This document shows, one piece after another, positions 26,657-36,988 of a stretch of DNA of 64,000 bases (its first letter is position 1; every line of letters begins with the position of its first letter). The position numbers and the translations under genes were made by a program. This DNA comes from a virus. The notes below the pieces were generated by a model. That model was not told the DNA's origin. It was given only the letters and a program-made list of their open reading frames with translations, and did no database searches. The stretch lies in IMG/VR virus record IMGVR_UViG_3300031521_000001, one strand, 5' to 3'.

Positions 26657-28120
26657 TTAAAAATTCAATGCTGATTTTGTTTCATCTACTAAATCAGTTA
26701 ATAATCCAGATGCTAGTTCTTTTCCAAAATTTTTAACACTTGTTCTATTGTTAAAATCTGAGTTGTATACATTATCTGGTTCTATTTTATTTATATTTGT
26801 TGAATTAGTGAATTGATTTAATAATCCATTCACTGCTGTTCCTCTAGATTCTCTTAATTTTGTTTCAAGACTTGATATATAATTATTTCCTATTGTGCTT
26901 ATTGTACCTTGAGCTTTTGTCATTAAACTATTTAAATAACCTTTACTGATCGGAGAGCTATTTTTTTCTAAATCTTGTAAATCACTTGTATAAGTTAATA
27001 TACTGGAAATATTACCAGATTTTTCTCTTGATGCTATAATATCTTCGTACGGCTCAATGGTGTAACTATTTTTAATTAATGGAAAAATACTAGATCTTTC
27101 AACTGATTTATAATAAATATCAAATGAAAGTGTAGATGGAGTATTCGATACACTATTGTTATAACCGCCTATTTCTATGTTATCACCATAATTTTTACTA
27201 GAGAAAAAATCAAAATTGCAATCATTTAAAGTATATATTATTGCTGACTTGCTAGATATTGTATTTTTAACATTATTAGATATGTTATTTTTATCTGATG
27301 ATGTATTATTTAATGATTCTGATTTATTTTGTGGTATAGTGAAATTCCTCATATCATTGATTTTTATTGTCATATTAAATTTTAAAACATTTTCAGGAAA
27401 CATATGTCTTTTATTTTTATAACTATAAATCATAGTATTATATAATTCTGTTAAATACCAGCCTATCATTGAAACATCCTCATTTATTGTTATCGTGATT
27501 TTGTCTTCTCCATATTTTGTCATTTTGGCATTTAGATTATTAATACCATCAATTTTTGTTACATAGTATGATTTGTTAGATATGCTTCTATTTGAATTGC
27601 TATTTAATGTAGTTTCGAATATTTTAAAAAATACGTTTCTAAATTCTGACCAAATTTTAAATCTATTTGTATAATCAACAGAGTTTATGCTAGTGTATTT
27701 ATTTATAAAAGATGAAAAACTATTATTAACAGAGTAATTTTCTACAAATAACGGAGAATTTTGATCAAATGATAATTCAAATGATGGAATGAGAGGATCT
27801 TCATAATCAAAATCTTCATCATTTTTGTGTAATGATCTTTTGAATATGTTAGTATCATTATCAGTCAGTGCCTGTATGTCTCTACCAAAACTTTTTGTAG
27901 TACCATCAGAGTTATACCAAAATTCTTCTGGTTTTGCATCTGATGTGTGATTAGGATCATATGCATCTGTTTTACCTTGATTTAGTCCTAATGTATTACC
28001 CAAGTCACTATTTAATAATTGTCCTAATGCAGATTTATCAGAATATCCTTGAATATATTTTGCACTGTTGCTACTTGTGTCATTTAATAATTCACCTTTT
28101 AAAATTCCTAACATATTCAT
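26657..28120 (-). CDS. Probable baseplate/tail structural protein
   Basis: Located in the baseplate operon; tube-fold-like YTLNDC...LSFDIYY. Confidence 0.55.
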   Translation of the reverse strand: MNMLGILKGELLNDTSSNSAKYIQGYSDKSALGQLLNSDLGNTLGLNQGKTDAYDPNHTSDAKPEEFWYNSDGTTKSFGRDIQALTDNDTNIFKRSLHKNDEDFDYEDPLIPSFELSFDQNSPLFVENYSVNNSFSSFINKYTSINSVDYTNRFKIWSEFRNVFFKIFETTLNSNSNRSISNKSYYVTKIDGINNLNAKMTKYGEDKITITINEDVSMIGWYLTELYNTMIYSYKNKRHMFPENVLKFNMTIKINDMRNFTIPQNKSESLNNTSSDKNNISNNVKNTISSKSAIIYTLNDCNFDFFSSKNYGDNIEIGGYNNSVSNTPSTLSFDIYYKSVERSSIFPLIKNSYTIEPYEDIIASREKSGNISSILTYTSDLQDLEKNSSPISKGYLNSLMTKAQGTISTIGNNYISSLETKLRESRGTAVNGLLNQFTNSTNINKIEPDNVYNSDFNNRTSVKNFGKELASGLLTDLVDETKSALNF

Positions 28121-28129
28121 ATTTAATAA

Positions 28130-29593
28130 TTATTTTGTTTTTTCTCCTGTACTAACAGTTGTGCCTCCTGCATTGTTTGATGTCGCAGCCGCCGATAAAT
28201 CATGTTGTTCATTGTTACCATTTCCATAATCTATATTTAAATCTCTTCTCATTAGAGTTATTTCTTGTTCAACTCCATCTTCATATTTGAAAATGTAATT
28301 TATTCCAGTTACATACCAATATCCAGATAATTTAGTGTTTATGTTATTTAATGGTTTTTTTGTATTTGCATTACTTGATAATAAATCATTTATATTAAAT
28401 ACTTCAACTTTGATATTTTGAAATCTTTTTATTGAAAAATTTATTACATCCAATGTGAGAATTAATTTCATTCTTTCCATAGAAATTAAATTGTATTCAT
28501 TGGATAATTTTGCATAGTTATAATTTTCATGTACATTTTCATTGTCCATCTTACCAATAAAATATTCATCATTTACGTTACCATTAAATAACTGAGATTG
28601 CTTATCTTTTAGTATTTTTAATTTACTACCTACTTTATTTTCATCTGTTTCTAAATCCGCTATCAGTTTCTTTGTTACAGTATTTGTGTTTTTTGTGAAC
28701 CATGTTGAATATGTTTGATAACACAATTCTAAATTTATGCTATATGATTGATTCATAATATTAAATTTACTGAAGTATTGATTTGTTCCTTTGAGTGCAT
28801 CATTATTAGATAAATATAAAAGAACATTTTTTTCTTCTGGTACTTTTTCTAATTGAGGATTTGCCAAACTTTGTGTTTCATTTTTTAGTACACTATTTAG
28901 TTCAGCTTGAACATCTACATAATTTAAATTATAATAGAAATCAATAAATGTCCAAACAAATGATTGATCTGAAACATAAGAATATTTGGTGATATCTTTT
29001 ATGAATACTTGATTGACATCGCTAGGATTTATCCATTTCATTGCATCAGCACTATCATCAATATTTGATGCAAATCCTAAATTCATTCTGAGAGCTAATT
29101 GTTTTATTGCTTGATAACTAGTTGCATTAATTGTTTCATAATTTGAATATTGTAGCTCGTCTACATCAAGTATTCCTTTTATTAAAAATTGTAATCCATG
29201 AGAATCAGGATCTGATTTTATAGTTTGAAATTCAGTTAGTCTAAAATCCATTCTTAAAGGCATTAATTGTTCAGAACTTGCTTTAACAAAAACACTTATT
29301 ATAGTATCATGATCAAAAGGATAGAAATCTGTAAATAAAACACCAAGAGAATCTTCACAAAATAATTCCACTGACGGTAAAAATTTATCGTTGAATAATT
29401 TTAGTGATATAATATCACTAGGATCCACAGTTGTTCCGTTTAGAGGCGGATTGCTGGTGTCATACAATTTGCTGATAAACACAAGAGGTGTATAATCAAG
29501 AGATTGTACAAAAACTTCTGTTGATGCTTTGTCATATAATTGAAAATTTAATTCTTTTGTTTTTATTTTTGCTTTATCGGTAACTTGTATCAT
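28130..29593 (-). CDS. Probable baseplate hub protein (gp27-like)
   Basis: Operon position; C-terminal LSGYWYVTGINY...QEITLMRR. Confidence 0.6.
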   Translation of the reverse strand: MIQVTDKAKIKTKELNFQLYDKASTEVFVQSLDYTPLVFISKLYDTSNPPLNGTTVDPSDIISLKLFNDKFLPSVELFCEDSLGVLFTDFYPFDHDTIISVFVKASSEQLMPLRMDFRLTEFQTIKSDPDSHGLQFLIKGILDVDELQYSNYETINATSYQAIKQLALRMNLGFASNIDDSADAMKWINPSDVNQVFIKDITKYSYVSDQSFVWTFIDFYYNLNYVDVQAELNSVLKNETQSLANPQLEKVPEEKNVLLYLSNNDALKGTNQYFSKFNIMNQSYSINLELCYQTYSTWFTKNTNTVTKKLIADLETDENKVGSKLKILKDKQSQLFNGNVNDEYFIGKMDNENVHENYNYAKLSNEYNLISMERMKLILTLDVINFSIKRFQNIKVEVFNINDLLSSNANTKKPLNNINTKLSGYWYVTGINYIFKYEDGVEQEITLMRRDLNIDYGNGNNEQHDLSAAATSNNAGGTTVSTGEKTK

Positions 29594-29607
29594 ATTTTAT
29601 TGTTTTT

Positions 29608-30093
29608 TTATTCAAAAGAATTTATTATTTTTATTTTGTTGTCATTCGTTACACTAACTTGCTTTAATAATGTTGGTTTTATTGATATTGGTAAATTTGC
29701 GTCATTAAATAAGTTCTTTTTGTTTCTATCAGTTTGTATTGAATTTATTAATGATTGTCTTGCTTTGTCTTGCTGAGTTGGTATCTCATCAGTTGTATAT
29801 AATTGAGCCAAATCATCATATTGACAGAAATAAATATATTGACCTTCTTTGACACAATATGGACTTATCAAATCATTTAGTACCATCAATTCTTCTATGT
29901 AATCAGATGAGCCATATAAATGTTTAGATATTCTATCTAGTCTCATTTCATATTCTCTAGGTACGATGTATATTCTTTTGCCTATTGATAAATTATTGAC
30001 TATATTTTTTTGAAATATGTCTAATAGATTATTTTGATCTGAATCTCTTTTAATCCTATAATTTCCATTATTATCGAATGATAGTATTTTCAT
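29608..30093 (-). CDS. Baseplate wedge gp53/LysM-like protein
   Basis: RLDRISKHLYGS...LMVLND...VKEGQYI. Confidence 0.7.
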   Translation of the reverse strand: MKILSFDNNGNYRIKRDSDQNNLLDIFQKNIVNNLSIGKRIYIVPREYEMRLDRISKHLYGSSDYIEELMVLNDLISPYCVKEGQYIYFCQYDDLAQLYTTDEIPTQQDKARQSLINSIQTDRNKKNLFNDANLPISIKPTLLKQVSVTNDNKIKIINSFE

Positions 30094-30107
30094 AGTTATT
30101 TTTATTT

Positions 30108-32165
30108 TTAAGTTATGTTATCATTACCTTGAACTTTATCAATAAAGCCATTAGCATTATCTTGTGCTCTAAGAGAGTTTAACCATTGAGTATTCTGCTC
30201 AGATGTTCCTCTATAGTTTGGTATACCTGCTTTTGCCGCCATAGCTTTTCTTTGTTTATATGTATACCAATTGCCATCTTTACTGTGCATATAATTTTCA
30301 ATTGATGGATCTAATAATGATGTATTTTCAGGATTATTACCAGGTGTCTTTGATTCTGCTGTTACTACTACCTCTGGTATAGAACCTCCGTTGTATACTT
30401 TTTCTTCTTGAGGTTTAACTTCTCCTTTGTATTGTACTGGTGTTGTTGGTACTGAAGAATATTCTCTTCTGTATGTATTATTAAACATTCTCATTAATTC
30501 TTGTTTACCTAATGATCTTGATAATTCACATTGAAATTTTGCTGTTAATCTTTGTGGCATATCATTAAATCCCATTTCATTGCTAGTTTCTACTGAACAA
30601 CTTTTTAATATTATATGACTGGTATTTAGCCAAGGAGAATAAGGATTTCCTATAGTTAAATGCCAAGGTGCAGCACTATCTTGTCCTCCAGTCATTAATT
30701 CTATTGATCCTCTTAGTTCAAATCTATGAATAGCAACTGTACTAGTTAATATTGTTTGTATTATTTTCAATCCTTCTCCAACTACCTTAGTCAATAATGA
30801 TGCTGATGCAACTTTAGCTGCTGCTATATTAGTTTCAGCACTTTGTTTTGCTGCTGATAAATGATCTGTTTTTCCTTCTGAATTGGCGTTATCTACTATT
30901 CCTTTATTATAATCATATGATTTTTTAGCATTTTGGTATATTTTAGCATCTGGATATTTAGAACCAGGAGCATGAGCATCCATATTTTTTTTTGCTACTG
31001 CCATATTATTTTTAGAATTATCAATGACAGATTGTTTATTTTTTATTGATTGTTCATTTGCTGCTTGAGTTTTTTTATCTTTTTCTGATTGACTAGTAAG
31101 CATAGTTTTTTCTACTTCTTCTGCTTTTGATACAAATTCAGTAAATAATTCTTTTAACGTTTTCCAAAAACTCTCTGTTATAGTTACAACAAGATCCCAC
31201 CATTCACTTAAATTGTTTCCTCTGTTGTCTGTTGCTCCTTTCGCTTTTTGCATTATTTTTGATGAATCACTCCAATAAAATGCCATATTTGATGTTCCCA
31301 TCGCATATATATTATCTAATATATCTAGCATAGCAGAGCCTGGATCAACGTCTCCTAATAATTTTTGTTCATATGTAGTAATTAGTTCAAAGTTGAAAGA
31401 TGATTTTATGTTTTGAGTTTCTGGATCTCTGAAAGGACCTTCTTTTAATACATTAGGATTACCTATTGGTATGTTGTTGAGTCCCCAATAGTTTGGTGAT
31501 TTGTCATCAGCTTCTTCATTTACACCATTTCCTGTTAATCCCATTTTTTTGTATATTTCAAATAGCATACCTTGGGCAAAACTTGGAACAGGAATTATAT
31601 TAGCGATGTCAACTTTTGTTACTTTTTTAACTATATCTGAAATTTTTTCATCAAATCTTTTGTTTGTTATGCCCCAAGTTTCATTGAAATTTATTGTACC
31701 AAAATTATCATCTTGTTTAATCCATCCAATTATTGTTGATATGGGTTCTACATTCATAAGTCCTAAATTTTCAGGTACAAAAACTCCTTCTGGAAATCTT
31801 CTAAGTATAGCCATTCTATTGATAGGATATACGCCTAAATCTCTTAAATACGCAAAATATGATGGTTTTAATCTTAATCCTGCACCTGGTTTGTGTGAAA
31901 GGGTAGTGAAAGTTGGATCTTTCAACATTTTAACATAAGGATTTACACTATTAGTTTCATTGTTGTAGATATTTTCTTGAATATAATCTTTTATTTTATT
32001 TGTGCCTGTTACAAGTGCGCTATTGTCATTCTTTTTATATACAGTATATTTAGAATTAAAAACACTATGAGTATTTCCAACACTTGTATTGTTTAATTGC
32101 TGTGTAATTGAATCCCTATTTGTTTGACTATCAAACAGAAAATCCATTTCAGAATAATGTGCCAT
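30108..32165 (-). CDS. Virion structural protein, probably tail/baseplate
   Basis: First gene of the baseplate operon; WHLTIGNP, GFNDMP; C-terminal GIPNYRGTSEQN motif. Confidence 0.6.
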   Translation of the reverse strand: MAHYSEMDFLFDSQTNRDSITQQLNNTSVGNTHSVFNSKYTVYKKNDNSALVTGTNKIKDYIQENIYNNETNSVNPYVKMLKDPTFTTLSHKPGAGLRLKPSYFAYLRDLGVYPINRMAILRRFPEGVFVPENLGLMNVEPISTIIGWIKQDDNFGTINFNETWGITNKRFDEKISDIVKKVTKVDIANIIPVPSFAQGMLFEIYKKMGLTGNGVNEEADDKSPNYWGLNNIPIGNPNVLKEGPFRDPETQNIKSSFNFELITTYEQKLLGDVDPGSAMLDILDNIYAMGTSNMAFYWSDSSKIMQKAKGATDNRGNNLSEWWDLVVTITESFWKTLKELFTEFVSKAEEVEKTMLTSQSEKDKKTQAANEQSIKNKQSVIDNSKNNMAVAKKNMDAHAPGSKYPDAKIYQNAKKSYDYNKGIVDNANSEGKTDHLSAAKQSAETNIAAAKVASASLLTKVVGEGLKIIQTILTSTVAIHRFELRGSIELMTGGQDSAAPWHLTIGNPYSPWLNTSHIILKSCSVETSNEMGFNDMPQRLTAKFQCELSRSLGKQELMRMFNNTYRREYSSVPTTPVQYKGEVKPQEEKVYNGGSIPEVVVTAESKTPGNNPENTSLLDPSIENYMHSKDGNWYTYKQRKAMAAKAGIPNYRGTSEQNTQWLNSLRAQDNANGFIDKVQGNDNIT

Positions 32166-32215
32166 CTTTGTTTATATATTTTTCTCTTATATATAAAAAA
32201 AACTTCTGTTGAATA

Positions 32216-32617
32216 TTAATAATCTCTAATTATTTGAATTGAGTCAAATAAAGAAATGCTTGATAGTAAATCGTCAAATAGTTTTTGATTGTCTTTGAAA
32301 TCTTCATAAAAAAACAATAAGTTGAAATTTATTTTTCCTATTAAATTTTCTTTTATTTGAAAAATGTCATCAATTTCCAATGTGGTTATTTTATGTAAAT
32401 TAGGAATATAATATACATCTTTACTTTTTCTTATTGTTTGAGATATCTTTGTGTAAATTATGAGATTAAAATATTCCTTCCATTCATTTACATCCTCTAA
32501 ACCATGATCATCAAGTTGCTGTCTGATGTCTATTATAGTTTTGTTACGAATTTTATTGATTTTTATATATTTATCAAGTTTTTTTCTATTTTTCACGAAC
32601 ACTATGTAGAATTCCAT
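32216..32617 (-). CDS. Hypothetical protein
   Basis: 133 aa ORF with TATATATA at 32643-32650. Confidence 0.65.
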   Translation of the reverse strand: MEFYIVFVKNRKKLDKYIKINKIRNKTIIDIRQQLDDHGLEDVNEWKEYFNLIIYTKISQTIRKSKDVYYIPNLHKITTLEIDDIFQIKENLIGKINFNLLFFYEDFKDNQKLFDDLLSSISLFDSIQIIRDY

Positions 32618-32807
32618 AAATCTTATAATATTAATTTTGAATTATATATATTTTCATGTAGGTTCAATTTAAAAATAATATACTAATATATTTAAAACTT
32701 TTGTCGTTTTTGTGTATAAAATTAATACATATATTAGTATTTTGATTTGAATATACTGTGTATGTAATTATAATTAATCAATTTATGAATAATAAATATA
32801 TTATAAA

Positions 32808-32834
32808 AAACTTTTTATGTACTTTTTCTTATAA
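32808..32834 (+). promoter_or_regulatory. Putative middle promoter AAAC-N18-TATAA
   Basis: AAAC 32808-32811 and TATAA 32830-32834 upstream of uvsX. Confidence 0.5.
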
Positions 32835-32872
32835 TATTTGATTTTTATAATCAAAAAAATAATTAATTAAAG

Positions 32873-34117
32873 ATGGCAAAAAAAACCGCACAAACTTCTC
32901 AAAAAAATAGTTTTAATTTTTCTAATATTTCTGGATTGATAGATACTATGTCAAAGAAAGAAATTATCTCAATTGAGGATTTTGAAAAAGAAAAAAGCTT
33001 TATTTCAACTGGAGTTTATATTTTAGATGCACTTTTATCTAAAAGTATTCTACATGGAGGGATATCTAATAATAGAATAACTCTATTAGCTGGACCAAAA
33101 CAAACAGGTAAATCTTTTCTTTCTCTTAATATAGCAAGAAATGCTCAGAAATTAGGATATAATATTGTATGGATTGATACTGAGTTTTCTATTGAAAAAT
33201 CTGATTTTGATATGTATGGAATTAATACATCTGATTCAAATACTTTTATGTTAATTAGAACTAATATTGTGGAGAAAATTAAAATGTTTATGACATCAAT
33301 GTTAGATGATATGACAAAATTGAAAGAAAAAGGAATGGATGTTTCAAAAACAATTTTCTTTTTAGATTCTATTGGTATGTTATCATCAGAAAAAGAAAAA
33401 GCTGATACTCTTAAATTAGATATTAAACAAGATATGACACGTGCAAAACAAATTAAATCTCTTGTTAGACTTATTACAAATGATTTAGGATTTGTAGGAG
33501 TACCATTAGTGGCAACAAATCATATTTATTTGACACAAGATATGTTTCCTCAAACTATTATGTCAGGTGGAGAAGGACTATATTACGCTGCTAGTAGTAT
33601 TGTTTTTTTAAGTGATGCAAAATTGAAAACTGGAGAAGAAGATGAAATGGATTTAGGTCGTTCTGGTTCTATTATAACTGCAAAAGCAGGTAAAAATAGA
33701 TTGGCAAAACCAAAGAAAGTTAAGTTTGAAATTGATCACACCAAAGGTATCAATCCATTTAAAGGATTAGATTTATTCTGTACTCCTGAGAATTTCAGTA
33801 AGATTGGAATTGCAAAAGTCAAACCAGTTTTAAATAAAGAAACAGGTGAAATAACTTATCAGCCAACAAATAGATGGTATGTTAAACATTTGGATAAATC
33901 AGTTGCAGCAACCCAATTATTTAACAGAAAGGTATTTACTCAAGATGTATTAGAAAAAATGGAACCAATTATTTATGATTATTTCAAATATCCTTCATAT
34001 GAAGAATGTATGAAAGATTTAGAAGAAATGGATGAAAGATTAAATGAAATTGAAGATAAAGATATGATAACTTCAGATGAATTTGATATTGATTCTGATG
34101 AAACATTATTTACTTAA
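32873..34117 (+). CDS. uvsX: UvsX/RecA-like recombinase
   Basis: ISTG, Walker A GPKQTGKS, IDTE, FLDSIG, DMTRAK, TNH, MSGG, KNR. Confidence 0.92.
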   Translation: MAKKTAQTSQKNSFNFSNISGLIDTMSKKEIISIEDFEKEKSFISTGVYILDALLSKSILHGGISNNRITLLAGPKQTGKSFLSLNIARNAQKLGYNIVWIDTEFSIEKSDFDMYGINTSDSNTFMLIRTNIVEKIKMFMTSMLDDMTKLKEKGMDVSKTIFFLDSIGMLSSEKEKADTLKLDIKQDMTRAKQIKSLVRLITNDLGFVGVPLVATNHIYLTQDMFPQTIMSGGEGLYYAASSIVFLSDAKLKTGEEDEMDLGRSGSIITAKAGKNRLAKPKKVKFEIDHTKGINPFKGLDLFCTPENFSKIGIAKVKPVLNKETGEITYQPTNRWYVKHLDKSVAATQLFNRKVFTQDVLEKMEPIIYDYFKYPSYEECMKDLEEMDERLNEIEDKDMITSDEFDIDSDETLFT

Positions 34118-34184
34118 ATACAAATAATAATTAAAAAATAGAAAATAAATAAACAATAATTAAATTTTAATATAATACTTTTAT

Positions 34185-35525
34185 ATGGCAGATACAACAA
34201 ACACAAACATGGAAAAACATTACTTTGTTCATATTTTGGTCAATCCTGATCAGTTTTCCAAAGTAGAACCTTTTTTCTTTAGAAATTCGGATATACAATT
34301 TATTTACACCGTAATAAGAGAAGAGTATATTAAAAGTGAAAGTCATAGTGTACCTAGTTCTCAGCAAATTTATTCTATGGTTAAATTAGCTGATTCAGAT
34401 AATAAAGTAAATGATAAAGTAATAAAGATACTTCTTCAATCCGATAACAGTGATTTCAGTCCAGAATGGTTACTTCCTATGTTTAAAGGTTGGAAAATTC
34501 AAAACCAATTAAAAGGAGATGTACTTAAAAGTATTGATATGGTTAGAGGCATTGAAGAAGTGAATTATGATAATGCTCTTGAAATCGCTCAAAAAATGAA
34601 AGGTATGTTTTCAAATGTACTTATGGTTGATGATGATGATGATGATTTAGGATCAGATTTTGATGATCCAGAATCTCATAAACAAATGGTATCAAAGAAT
34701 TGTATACCATCAGGATGGCCATGTATAGATAATATATTAGGAGGAGGATGGAGTAAATCTACTTTTAATGTAATTATGGGTGAGACAAATGTTGGAAAAT
34801 CAATGTGGTTACATAATATAGCTACAAATGCTGCAAATGCAGGAACAAATGTTTTGCTCATTACATTAGAAATGGCAACTAGGAAAGTAATGAAAAGATT
34901 AGGTTCAATGAGACTTAAAATTAACGTAGATGAATATGATGAGAAATCAAAAGATACATCTTATATGAAACACAAATTAAATAATATTAAATCTCAATCT
35001 TCTGTTGGAGGATTGTTTGATTCACAACCAGGTAAAATATTTGTAAAAAAATATAATACTAGTGATTGTACAGTAACTGATATTGATAATTATATTAAAA
35101 AATTCGAAGAAGTTAAAAGAATTAAAGTTGGAATGGTGATTGTGGATTATATAAATATTATGTCAATTGAAAAAGGATTTGATATTTCAAGTATGTTATA
35201 TCTTAAAGGTAAACATTTAGCAGAAGGATTAAGACGTATTGCTGATAAATATGAATGCGCGGTTATCACAGCAACACAAACAGATAAAAGTGTTTGGGGA
35301 GCATCTGATATCAATCTTGCTGCTATACCAGAAAGTAAAGCGATTGCTGATACAGCAGATTCAGTTTGGGGTATTATTAGAAATCCAGAAATGAAAAGAA
35401 ACAATATATACAGGCTTAAAATATTAAAATTGAGAGATGGTGAACATCATGAAGAACAAGTGAGATTTGATTTTAATACAAAATATTTAACCATGGAGAA
35501 TGATGTTTTAATAGGAGCTAAATAA
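34185..35525 (+). CDS. DnaB-like replicative helicase (T4 gp41-like)
   Basis: GETNVGKS, ITLEM, IVDYINIM, TATQ, ESKAIADTAD, LKLRDG. Confidence 0.92.
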   Translation: MADTTNTNMEKHYFVHILVNPDQFSKVEPFFFRNSDIQFIYTVIREEYIKSESHSVPSSQQIYSMVKLADSDNKVNDKVIKILLQSDNSDFSPEWLLPMFKGWKIQNQLKGDVLKSIDMVRGIEEVNYDNALEIAQKMKGMFSNVLMVDDDDDDLGSDFDDPESHKQMVSKNCIPSGWPCIDNILGGGWSKSTFNVIMGETNVGKSMWLHNIATNAANAGTNVLLITLEMATRKVMKRLGSMRLKINVDEYDEKSKDTSYMKHKLNNIKSQSSVGGLFDSQPGKIFVKKYNTSDCTVTDIDNYIKKFEEVKRIKVGMVIVDYINIMSIEKGFDISSMLYLKGKHLAEGLRRIADKYECAVITATQTDKSVWGASDINLAAIPESKAIADTADSVWGIIRNPEMKRNNIYRLKILKLRDGEHHEEQVRFDFNTKYLTMENDVLIGAK

Positions 35526-36250
35526 TGAGCAAACGATTAAATACTGAAATGTTTATAGAAAGATCAAATAAAATTCATAATTATTATTATACATATTCAA
35601 ATACTGAATATGTAAATAATAAGATAGAAGTAGAAATTTTATGTAACATTCATGGTATTTTTTATCAAAGACCAGATTCTCATCTTAGAGGAATAGGATG
35701 TATAAAATGCGGAACAGAAAGAAGCAAAATAAATCAAAGTAAAGATATAAAAATAGTTATTGAGGATTTTAATAAATATCACAATTTTAAATATGATTAT
35801 AGTTTAATTGAAAATGATTATAAAAATGCTCACACTAAAGTGAATATTATTTGTAAAAAATGCGGTAATATTTTTTATCAAACTCCTGATACACATTTAA
35901 GGTGTGGTTGTCCTAGATGTAGAGAATCAAAAGGTGAAATATTAATTAACGATTTTCTATTAGAAAATAATATAAATTATGAGAGACAAAAGAAGTTTGA
36001 TGGCTGTATTTATAAGTCTGCTCTATTTTTTGATTTTTATTTAATAGATTATAATATTTGTATAGAATATGATGGACTTCAACATTATAAAGAAATTGAA
36101 AGATTTGGAGGTAAGTCACAATTTATAATATCTAAAAAAAGAGATAAAATAAAAAATAACTTTTGTGATAAAAATAATATAATATTAATAAGAATAAAAT
36201 ATGATGAAGATATTACTGAAAAATTAATTTTTATAATAAATAATAAATAA
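35525..36250 (+). CDS. Homing-endonuclease-like protein (two Cys/His repeats + PD-(D/E)xK/Vsr-like domain)
   Basis: CNIHGIFYQRPDSHL.G.GC repeated; SKGE; FDFYL; IEYDGLQH; LIRIKY. Confidence 0.78.
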   Translation: MSKRLNTEMFIERSNKIHNYYYTYSNTEYVNNKIEVEILCNIHGIFYQRPDSHLRGIGCIKCGTERSKINQSKDIKIVIEDFNKYHNFKYDYSLIENDYKNAHTKVNIICKKCGNIFYQTPDTHLRCGCPRCRESKGEILINDFLLENNINYERQKKFDGCIYKSALFFDFYLIDYNICIEYDGLQHYKEIERFGGKSQFIISKKRDKIKNNFCDKNNIILIRIKYDEDITEKLIFIINNK

Positions 36251-36260
36251 TAAATAATAA

Positions 36261-36968
36261 ATGAAAAACAATAAAAAGATTGATGATGATTTAGATGATG
36301 ATTTAGATAATGAATCTACTGAAGAATTGGAAGAAGAATTGGAAGAAGACTTGGAAGATGATTTGAATCTATTAGATGAAAATTTGGATGTTTCATCTGA
36401 TGATGATTCTACTTCTGTTGAAGATGATGAAGATGATGAAGATGATATTGATATAATGGTTAAATTTAACACTAATAATCATAAGCTTGAAGGTAAACAT
36501 GCATTATCAAGAGATACTATATTTAAAGGTAAAGTTGAAGATAACGCAGATCAGCAAGAGTATGATTATAATATTAATCAACAAGAAGATTTTAATTTAA
36601 ATGATGGATTACCAATAGAAGCTGGATCATCTTATGAATTTGAAAGTAAACATTATGAAGATTATATAGATAGATTAAATCTTCAAAGAGATATTTATAC
36701 TTTACTTAATGATAAAACAGATTTGGACTTTTCATCCAATAGAAGAAAACCAAACAAACAAGCATTTAATGACTATTATAAAATGCTATTAAATAATATT
36801 GGTAAGGAATATAGTAAATCTGAAATATTTGTAGAACTATCATATTATTTCACAGATAATATATTTAATATGTTTAAATTATTAGATAAAGAATATGCAA
36901 CACATATAATAGTAGAACTAAAACAACGTGGGTATTTAACAAACCTAAATAATATAAATTTTATATAA
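36261..36968 (+). CDS. Hypothetical protein with highly acidic N-terminus
   Basis: About 60-residue D/E tract; lies in the replication operon. Confidence 0.75.
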   Translation: MKNNKKIDDDLDDDLDNESTEELEEELEEDLEDDLNLLDENLDVSSDDDSTSVEDDEDDEDDIDIMVKFNTNNHKLEGKHALSRDTIFKGKVEDNADQQEYDYNINQQEDFNLNDGLPIEAGSSYEFESKHYEDYIDRLNLQRDIYTLLNDKTDLDFSSNRRKPNKQAFNDYYKMLLNNIGKEYSKSEIFVELSYYFTDNIFNMFKLLDKEYATHIIVELKQRGYLTNLNNINFI

Positions 36969-36988
36969 TAAAAACAAAAATAAATAAC

